Source: Psammoneis japonica (Eukaryota). Taken from it: DNA of 60,708 bases. The stretch is from positions 186,001-246,708 of the forward strand of contig QPGO01000123.1 in assembly GCA_008632985.1 (NCBI GenBank), written 5' to 3'. The translations under genes were made by a program, and so were the position numbers. The notes beneath the pieces were generated by a model, which was not told the origin of the DNA, ran no database searches, and worked only from the letters and a program-made list of their open reading frames with translations. Positions within the stretch are counted from its first letter, which is position 1. Each line of letters begins with the position of its first letter. Shown in pieces: positions 51,335 to 60,708 of the stretch.

Positions 51335-51781
51335 AGTGCAGTGTGCAGCCACTGCAAGAGTCAATGTGTCACGGCGACGTGTTGCAGCCTTCAAGTGTCA
51401 CAAAGGGCGTGACAAAATAACCTTTTGTCTGCATGCATGCTGCACTGTGAATTCACAGCGGAGTGGTTCATCGCAACCATCAGGCAGGAGGCCAGGGGTT
51501 CGAAACCCTGAGTGGGAGTTGTCTGCAGCAACGTTGATCACTGTCGAACGCGCAAAACTCTGTGCAGTTCTGCATGTTCCTTCACACGCACCCACACTGT
51601 TCCACCAAAACCGTGCAGTGTCAGCACACGTCAGTAAAGAGCCGCATGGACGCGTGGTGCATGGGGAGGAGTGCAATGTGCAGCTGCCAACAAGAGTCAA
51701 TGCATCATGGCGACGTGTTGCAGCCTTTAAATGTCACAAAGGGCGTGACAAAATAACCTTTTGTCTGCATGCGTGCTGCAC
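51335..51781 (+). mobile_element. Candidate tRNA-derived SINE (51449-51781) preceded by a duplicate of its own 3' ~110 bp (51335-51445)
   Basis: A-box-like cAGCGGAGTGG at 51456, B-box GGTTCGAAACC at 51497; 110-bp direct repeats 336 bp apart, each ending in a tgcatgc-type tail. Confidence 0.45.
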
Positions 51782-53549
51782 AAGCAAGGCATCATGGGCT
51801 GAAGCTGGATGTCTTGCAAAGTTTTCAGCTGGAGGATTGTTCTGCACATCCAAGATGGGTTGGATGGCAGCAGGCATGGTGGCTGGCAGCAATGGCAGTG
51901 GTGAAATGAGCGGCATCCAAGGTGGTGTTGTCTTGACGTGCACAACATTGGGCTCTGGTTTCTGCAACAATTTTGAACCAAGTCAGGTCTCCACAGTGCA
52001 GAGGAAGCATGTGGGTTTGTGGCAGTTTGTGCCGCAGAGAGCAACACAGCAAAACAGACAATCATGCAATGTTGGATGTGCCAATTTCTAAATTGCAAGA
52101 ACAGAAATTACACCACTTGACAACCAACATCAAATGAGAGAAAACAAAAAGTGGCTTGCATTTGTGCTGGAACCAACACAGATGAACATGGTGCAAAGAC
52201 TTGTCAAGAACAAGAAGCTCTTGATTGCACAAAGAAGAATGGAAGGAAGGCTCCATTCTTGTTTTGAACCTCAGATTTCCAATTTTGTTGGTTGCATGAT
52301 CTGTGATTGGCTGAGACATTGATGGCAGTTTCTGGGCAGTCATTGCAACTCTTGGACTTGATGGCAATTGACGCATGAATGTGTGCATGTTCCCACACTC
52401 AAAAGTGGAGTGTGGCATGAAAAGTGAGCAATCATCCATGTCATGAGCCACTCTCTGTGGTGAGCTGAAAAAGTGGCAAGAGGGAAAACCGTTGGTGATT
52501 GGCGATTCATGTGCCAACGGCTGATGGTTTTCTGGAGATGACATTGCTGATGTCAGACATGGCGAGCTCCGTTTTCTAAGCCACCTGGAAAAGATGGCAA
52601 AAGCTGCATTGTCGCGGAGCTTTTGACAATGTCCAGATGAAAAGCTGACAGAACACCAAGGAAATGGAGAGAGAGAGAGATTGCAAAAAGCTGAGGGGTG
52701 TTGATGCAAAAAGAAAAGAAAAATTTTTGGGTGCCCATTTTGTGCTGGAATGCTGTTTTGGTGGCAAGTTCATTTTGAATTTGGGGAGTGCACAGTTTGT
52801 TCTGAACTGGCCAATCTTTTGAGATGGGGGCCCATCCACTGGGAGCAATCCATTTAAATGACAGCTTGTGACAGCTCAGCATTTGATGATTGTGCACAAA
52901 CTCGTGACTGAGGAGAGCATCAACTCAGGATTCCATGGATGGATCTCAATGAACAGTGCAAAACTGTGCATTCACATGACATGAAAACAATGTGTGACAG
53001 CTGTTTGCTTGGGGGCTCATTGTCACATCATTGAAACAGTGTTGATGGAATGTTCCATTCTTTAGAAGACATTTGGTCATGTGTCTGCCTGCTGTTGATC
53101 GCGGCAAGATTGAAAGGGCTGTGGAGATGTGCGCCAAAGTGATTGATGCAAACCCATCAAGAGAAGATGACAAGCCATTTTTCACTGGTGCAACTGTGCT
53201 CATTTGGAGATGTTTTGAGCAAATGAAGTTGTCATGGAGCACAAATTTTCCATTGAGTTTGTGACACTCTTTCCAAAAATGCTGATTTGTGGCATTGAGC
53301 TGTGTGCTGGCTGTCACACTCTGACACTCAGGTGATGACAGCATGTGGACACAAATGTGGAGTTGCACGTGGGCACACATGTGCAAAACTGACAAGTGCC
53401 AATGGCGTTTGAAGGGTGCTGCACACACCCACAACTGTGGCACCAGATGGTGCACACAGCACATTGTGCAGCATGCACCAGTTGCCAGAGTGTGACATGC
53501 AACAAAAAAAGCAAAACAATGATGACCGCACCAGTTGTGACTGAACACC

Positions 53550-55680
53550 ACAGTCATTTTGAAACCACCCCCTTTGCAAACCCCTGGCTCCACTGGTGGA
53601 GATGTCGGATCGACCAAGCAGGCATCGACGTCATGTTTGAACAGTTTGACTCAATTGAAGGACATTTCGTCTGTGCATCCCCCAAAGATCCAAAAATTGT
53701 TCGTTTTGCACTTTTCTTTGTTCTTTGTGGAGGCCAATGGCATTCAAAAACCTCTCATCATGTCTCTTCTTTGTCTCCATTGTCCTCTTCCATGAACAAC
53801 ATAACTCGTCATTGTTTTGTTTTTCAGCATCAACGCGCCCACCACAAAACTGAAATGATGCAACAAAAATCACCAGAAGACAATGGAGGACTCTGCCATT
53901 AAACCACTTCATTCAAAGCATTTGTCAGCTGGGCAGGGAGTCCTCCATCATGCTCTGCAAGTTGCTCTGGAGCTGGTCTTGACACTCCTCCCATGAAGTC
54001 AGAATCCTGTGCTGTGTCATGTGTTCAAAAGAGACACGACAACATCTGGTGCCTTTCCTTCTCTCTGTGGAAGTCAACTCGAGACCTTCCAAGAAAGCAT
54101 GGGTGCTGGATGGACTGGTTTGCCAATTGCCAGGGTGTCACTGGTTCCATGTGGGCAACTGATGGACTTGCACCATGCACTGATTTCAAGGTCATCACTG
54201 CCCCCCTGCTCTTTGGCTGCAGGGATTTAGAGCAGGTTGACTCACCACCTTTGAGGGTGTTTCATGAATGCAACAGGCATGAAAGTGGAAGCCAACTGCT
54301 GGAAAACAGGGAGCTAGCGTGCAAGTGTGGCAAGTGGTGTCTAGCATGTCCAGCAAGTCTCCGCAAGCATGTGCAAGCATGGCCTCTGTCGGAACAGGTG
54401 ACTGCCACAGAGAACAAGGGACTGTTTGTCCAGAGCAAGTTTGACAGAATCCTGGCTGCCACCCTTGAAGTCGCCTTCAACATTGTGGATTTACTTGGTC
54501 CCCATGTTTCTGGTGCCAAGCTGACAGACAAGGGACTCTTGGTGGGCCTTGCAGTGTTGTGTCAGTCCATCATGTTGCTGGATTTGTCAGACAAGAGCCT
54601 TTCTCAAGAAATGTCAAAATGGGTGCCAGTGGTGCCAGAGCCACAAGGAGCAGACCCGGCAACTGCACACAGCTTGGAATCAGCAAATGGATGAGAACTC
54701 GAAATGCTCTTCAATCCACAGGTCATGGCTTGCTCATGCTCTTTTGGACCTGGTGAATGAGCAGCCAAGGCCTCAGCAAGGTCTTCAGGAGCAGCACCTG
54801 CAGTGGCAGCCAGTGGAGGTGAAGAACTTGAGGCAGAAGAGGAGTCTCAGCATGGAGCATCAGAGATGTCTTCCCAACGATCTCATGACATTGGAAATCA
54901 GGACAAAAATGGAGACACATGATGTCAACATGTGTCATCATGGCATCCTGATCTTCCTTGATCATGGTCTTCTGGAGATTTGCAAGGTTCAAGCAAATCT
55001 GAGGACCTTGAGGGGCAGCCACAAAGAGAGGAGCCTTGTCAACAATTGGTCCAATGCGCTTGAGGTCTCCAGTCATCAAGCTTGAGGCATGATGAGCTTG
55101 AACAATCTTGTGATGGACAGTTGCGGTGGCATTGCTCTTGAGGACTTGAAGAGTAAATCCATCCAGAAGATCTTCAGGAGCAGATGTCTCATCCAAACAA
55201 AGGGCATTCAGGTGACGTTGAGCATCAGGTGGAAGATGGTGGGGGTTGAATTTGACCACAGTCTGCATGATCTTGGTCAAATCAATGGAAGCAGGGTTCT
55301 TGATCACCATGGCTGCGTGAAAAAAAATCAAATTCCTGTGCAGAATGCTGGCATGTTGTCTGCAGTGGTCGTGGTGATCACAAATCAAGAGAGAACATTT
55401 GCTGTGACAATGATGACAATTTCAATGGAGAAACATTGCCAAATCACAGAATGGGCGTTGTGGTGCACTCGTGTGGAGGAAGACAAACAGCATGCTGCTG
55501 CTCACAACCTTGCAGACTGGCGGTGTCGGGACAAAACAATGGACATCTGGGACAGAGATGACAATCGTGCACCAGATGAGAAAGAGAGTGAGCAAAGGAG
55601 AGATCATCGGATCTCTCCATGCTGTCCACGCTAGTCTGTCCGACACAAAGGAGTGCACTCCCCATCTTGCATGTCTGTCA
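53550..55680 (-). mobile_element. Unidentified degenerate element interrupting the Gypsy RNase H
   Basis: RNase H homology stops at 55681 and switches to a ~270-bp TGACA...TGTCA segment, followed by a 221-codon open frame. Confidence 0.3.
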
Positions 55681-58600
55681 CCACCACAACACTGGCTCCA
55701 TTTGCAAGTGGATGATGGCGGGGTTGCACCCTTCACAGTGGGCAGCATGATCCACCACAATCTGCAGCAGTCTCTGATGTTGGTGAGTGGACATCCATGG
55801 ATTGCTTGGGAGTTTTTGTGGATTGCCCAGAGAAGACTGCTCCTTCTCCAATGCAAAAATGAGGCAGTGCTCAATGCCTTCACACAGTCACAAGTTAAAA
55901 GCACATGGGAAGAGTTGCAGGCCAGACAGTGAAAAATCAAATTTTCATTTGCCACCTGCATCTTCTCTTTCCATGGTGGCCAGCGACACTTTGCCATCTC
56001 TGGGCTGGAGCAGTGTGCATCCCATCCCCTCATGGCTTGAACAGTGTGGCGGATTTGACATCCACAAATTTGCTGTTGAGCACTTCAGCCCATTTGGAGT
56101 TGTTAATTTTGTGACTGAAGTCATGATTCCTGACTGGCTCACAGAGGTTTTTCACATGATGTCTGCAAAGCATGGGATGTGTCACTGGCAGAAGTTGCCA
56201 AACCCAACAAAACTGGAAATGTCTTGGACATTCTGTGGATGTTTCCATCATTTGAGCAGGCCACTCTTGGAGTTGGCTGGAAGGTTTCCGAGCTTGGTGA
56301 GATTGTGACCCACAAATTCATTAAATGATTTTGGGAAAAACAGACATTTCTTGAGTTTCCAAGAAAGATTGCAATGGTGGGCAACATGGAGAATGGCCTC
56401 AATGTGCTGTGGGCCTGTGTTGCATTCTTTTCAACAAATCCAAAGTTGTCATCAATGACAATCGTGGAGCCGTCACTGTCGTTGAGTGTGACACCCATGA
56501 CCTTGGCTTCATTGTCCCAATTTTTGTCCTTCAAGTTGCATGCCATGATGATGCATGCAGTGGGGCCATTCACCACTCTGAAGGGCACAACTGTGTGTCA
56601 ACACTTTCCACCTTGCGGGGCTGCAAATGTCATTTTGGCAGCTGACAGTGCCTTCATCTTGATCTGGTGGCACCCGCTAAATGTGTCAAGCAAGAAGAAG
56701 TGCAAAGCTGAGCCAAACCATGCTCCACAGCACCGTCGCAGCAAGGGGTGTGGCACAAGACTGTTTTTGTCACTTGATTGAGATTGATGTGGCTGATGCA
56801 GAATCTCCAGATAAACTTGTCAATGTTGGTGACATCTTCTTGATGAGGTTTTGGGGGGCAAGGATGATTTGCAATGACCACTCACTGGATGTGACATGGA
56901 CGATGTGTCCATCATCTGGCAAGGCAACAGACTTTTCATGAAGGCAGCAGGGATGTTCTTTGCTGCTTTTAATTTGGCTGCACCTGTGTCAATGATGCAC
57001 TCACAGTCCTGGATGGGGATTTTAATGTTTTCTTTGTAGAACAACACCAGCACTCCTTGATGAGGTGGATGAGACAAGACTCAACACGCATTGGGGGATC
57101 ATCAAGTCACAGATTCTTCTGGAGTTCCTTGGCATCTTGGGCTGGATTGAAGGTCTGAGAGGCAAATTTTGGATCAACATCAAGGTCTGTGCATTCTGGA
57201 CAGGCACTCTTTCTGATGACCTTGCCGACTCAGGCTCTGTGGAGGAATTGGAAGTCATTTTGAACATCTGGGAGGTTCTGGCCTTCAAAGAGATCAGGCT
57301 TCTTGGTGTGACTGGGTGCTTTGGGGATCATGTGAAGATTTTGGCATTTCTGCGATTGACCATTTGACCCTGTGATGAGGTGCATGCAGGACATTGACAG
57401 TGAGTTAAGCAATGTCAAGACATGGCATCATGCATGAGACTGAGATGTGTTGTGCACTGTGGCACTAACCAGAGATGGTGGTCATTGATGGACCCAGGTC
57501 AAAATGGACTTTGGAGAGACTCACAACTGAAAGCACTCTTGCTGGGTTCCATGTTGCAGGAGCAGTTTGTGATGAACTGATGGATTTCTTTGAAGCACTG
57601 TTCTGAAGTGACAAGATTTGAGTTGGATGATGACTCATCATGAGGAAGCAGCTTTGGAGTGGAGAAGGCTGGGTTGTGGAATTCTCCACAGGAAATGGGT
57701 CACAATCAAGGAGTTTAGATTCCATGACATTGTCCTCAAAGTCCATGACTGACTTGGCTGTTGAGATGAAGCTCATGCCAACAGTGCAATTGACAGAAAT
57801 GCTCTTGCCCACTGTGATCTTAAGTGAAGTTGGATGTCCATTCTTGGCATTGCATGGAAGGCAGAATTCCAAGATGGCAGGAAGTTGACAGAGACATTAA
57901 TCTGCATCTTTTGTCATCCTTCTGGACTGTGCCCAACAGTGTGGTGGGTTGGCAGCAATTCTTGGCATGATGCGTGCTCTTGACCAGCTTGGGTGAGGCT
58001 TTGCAACAGGCATCCAGCAGTTGCTGTTGCTGCACACAAGGGCAGCAGCACTGTTGATGACAGCATGGATGCCTGGATTGAACATGCCATTGGGTGGGCC
58101 AAGTTGAAGCATGATGTGTGGTGAGGTGCTGTTCACCAGGATGGGAAATTGAAGCAGATTGTTCACCATGGACTGGAGGATGCAGGTCGGAAAGGTGATG
58201 ACTGTTTTAGAGTTGCTCTCACTCTTGTCCTCTGATGGAGTCAATGATTGCTTGACAGAGTCAATGATGAGACTGGCAAGCTGATTGTTTCTGCCAGATT
58301 TGGACTGTGGAGACAGCAGCAGGGCCAACAGGAGGAGGTTGCTGGTGTTGGATTGGCTCTGATTGCAGCGGCAATTGCCCTCTCAGCATTTCCTCATGAG
58401 ATTGTTGAGATCCTTGTGGACTGACTCAGCATTCTTGCAGATTTCCGGCTTGTTGGAGTGCATGGGAACAGACAATGGTTCTTGTTTTGGAGTCAAAGTG
58501 CAAGTGATTCATGGCTCTGCACCCCCAACATCCTGCTTTGCCTGTGGTCTTGTGATGATTAAGAGCACTCTTTGTGGCACCATGAGCAACAACAGTTTGA

Positions 58601-60070
58601 TCCTTGGCTGCTGCATTTGTGACAGTGGCTGCATCTGTTGTGGGCTGTTGGACCAGGACGGTGAAGCCACGGGTCTTGCAAAGCTTGCCTTGGATGAAAA
58701 GATGGTCGGTGGCCAGATTGGACTCTGCAGTCTTAGCTGCTGTGAAAACAGCTTGGATGAGCCTTGTCTGCTTGGAGCAATGGAGGAGTGTCATCTCCAC
58801 ATGACTACAGAATCCATTTGCTTCCATCTCATCTGAGGGTCAAGATTGTCAACAAAGGCGCACAAGGGGTTAGATTGCCATCGCACATCTGGCTGATTTG
58901 GGAGGGTTGCCAGGATGATGTTGCAGCTGTCACAATGTCACTGGATGGTTGACTGGATGATGGTGCCATTGGATGAGGCAGTGATTTGGTGCACGCAATT
59001 GAGCATCTTGAGCAGGTTGTCAACAAACGCAGGAGCAACATGTGGGAGGACATCCTGTGGGATGAACTTGCAGCCTGTGCTGATGATGAGAGAATCAATC
59101 TTGGTGCCTGCTGTTTCTGCAGATGCCGCAGCTTTGTTGGGATCAGCAGACAAGTTTTTGGCACTCTGCGTTGGCCAGGGCAATGCAAATGCTCTGGCCA
59201 CTGAAGGTGTGGATGTCCACAGGGTTGCCAGCTGCATTGAGTGGTTGAGTGACGTTGTCCATGGGCATCCTGATGAAGAATGTGATGACAGGGTTTCGGG
59301 TGGCATTGTTCAAGGAGTGAAGGTTGATGGCACCTCTAATTTTTGCACAACAATGCCATTGGGTCAGTGGTCTGTGACAGGACTGTCCTGGATTGGTTTT
59401 AACTTGCCTGCAGCGTTGAGGCAGTTCACGATGATGATGTTGCCTGCAGAGTTGTGGTGGGACAGCACTTGGAGATTTGCGTGATGCTTGGGTGATTGTT
59501 TGCCAATGGTTTTACACTCATTGGCTTGGATGTCAATGACTCTGGCAGAGTTGGTCAGGTCACCCATGATGTCGAGTTGGTCAGCAGCAGACAGACTGGA
59601 TGAACTGGCTGCTGCGTTCTTGTTGATGTTGAATGCGAGGCAGCGCTTGGCATTGCCCATGTCAGCAGTGATGGCTGGATGAGACGCGAAGGTGATGCGT
59701 CTGTGGGTGCATGATGCCCGTTTCTTTGGGGTGAACGTCTTGGACAGGGGGTTTGCGAGACACTCGTCCGAAGATGACGGTTTCAAGCGCTTTGGTTGGA
59801 GGAGGCTCCGTCATGGTGGATGGCATGTTGTGTTCGAATGACGGTCAAAGCACCACTTAAAAGTGGCTGGAACGGCGTGAAAAGCGAGTGACAGTCTAGA
59901 CTATGAGCTGCTCTCCGAGGTGAACTGAAAAAGTGGCGACGAAAGAGGGAAAACCAAGCGCATTGTCGCGTTGCCCATTGCATCGGAGAAGCAACACGGC
60001 AATCTATTCAATCATGTTTGCGATGCCGACAAGCTCAAACGCCATCGATTCTCGGAGTCCTTGGTTGGCA
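55680..60070 (-). mobile_element. Degenerate Ty3/Gypsy-like LTR retrotransposon (gag, probable protease, RT, RNase H)
   Basis: RT remnants MPFRVVNGPT (MPFG..NGP) and IVIDD (YIDD); RNase H remnants GMG.TLLQP..EDAGGK..FD, WAIHKN...DC, EG.NPAII.LQM; gag-like ATG at 59814; many stops. Confidence 0.75.
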
Positions 60071-60330
60071 CCAAGCATCGGCGCTAGTCTCTAACCAAGG
60101 GAGTGTGGAAGGATTGGTCGTACGAGGTCTATTGCCTACTCGACGCCGCCTATGATCAATCTAACTATGTCCTGAACCAAGAGCCAAAGCAAAAACCAAC
60201 CAGGACTTGCTATTCGTTTAGTTTTAATACTATCTGTTCCATTTACCCAAGATCAATCAATCTTGCCAAATACACTTGACAAGACTGCTTGCTTTGCAAG
60301 ATTGATCGACCATAGCTCAATTCATTCTAA

Positions 60331-60600
60331 CTACAAAACACTCACAATAGTTGTTTTTTCGAACTTTTGTAAACTCTTCATAGTACTTCTTTGTAGAAGT
60401 GCTCCAAGCTCACACCAAGCAGTACCAGGGTTGGGGGCATTGAGACGAATCAACAACAACTGGCTGGCTCCCGAGAAGGAAATATCGACGGTCATTGATC
60501 CGCTGATCAGGCCACCTGACCAATAGATCCGCTCACCTTCATAGAACACTTCAATCTCATCCTTTATGGTGTAAGGGTTGGCTGATAGTGATGGCGCCAT
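60331..60600 (-). CDS. Hypothetical protein or fragment
   Basis: Open frame in normal-composition sequence, no recognisable motif. Confidence 0.25.
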   Translation of the reverse strand: MAPSLSANPYTIKDEIEVFYEGERIYWSGGLISGSMTVDISFSGASQLLLIRLNAPNPGTAWCELGALLQRSTMKSLQKFEKTTIVSVL

Positions 60601-60708
60601 AGCATTCGTCGAGAAACGACTCCGAATCCTGGAGCAGAGAAACAAACGACGCCCCCAAAAAACGTTGACTTCGTTGTAAAGCGACCAACCTCCACTCGCA
60701 AAAAGAGC

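Noticed and set aside
51449..51520. Functional tRNA gene
   Set aside because: Acceptor stem and anticodon arm do not pair properly; kept only as a SINE-head candidate
54950..55100. Possible retroelement-borne C5-methyltransferase (TGDLKRI...PLFVAAP)
   Set aside because: Only a vague resemblance; no FxGxG, PC or ENV motifs
60050..60250. PBS (TGGTGCCAACC on minus) and 5' LTR of the Gypsy element
   Set aside because: No terminal CA next to it and no matching second LTR found
1..60708. Classical fungal RIP as the explanation for the blocks
   Set aside because: RIP raises TpA and AT content; here TpA is depleted and CpA/TpG enriched

Overview
Eukaryotic nuclear DNA, most likely from a diatom (inferred from short GT-AG introns, a DNMT5-type methyltransferase and diatom-type LRR, SET, FG-GAP and retroelement families). 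The window alternates between two sharply bounded kinds of sequence. Gene islands of ordinary composition (~3.5-6.8, 8.3-21.4, 35.1-41.5, 45.6-47.8 and >59.7 kb) encode a membrane-anchored kinase, a frameshifted SET protein, a Zn-ribbon protein, SNRNP27, an RCC1-repeat protein, a 13-exon DNMT5 (C5-MTase + SNF2 + RING), a secreted polyproline protein, an LRR membrane protein, heme oxygenase and NDUFS8. Degenerate blocks (~1-3.4, 6.85-8.2, 21.45-35.05, 41.6-45.55, 47.8-59.6 kb) hold ruined retroelements, tandem repeats and pseudogenes, and are strongly depleted of BOTH CpG and TpA while rich in TpG/CpA. CpG loss fits 5mC deamination. The apparent TpA->TpG/CpA conversion runs opposite to fungal RIP and is the most unusual signal; it can be seen directly by aligning an intact and a mutated copy of one repeat (41250-41480 vs 42866-43113). 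All calls were made by eye; no counts or database searches were run.
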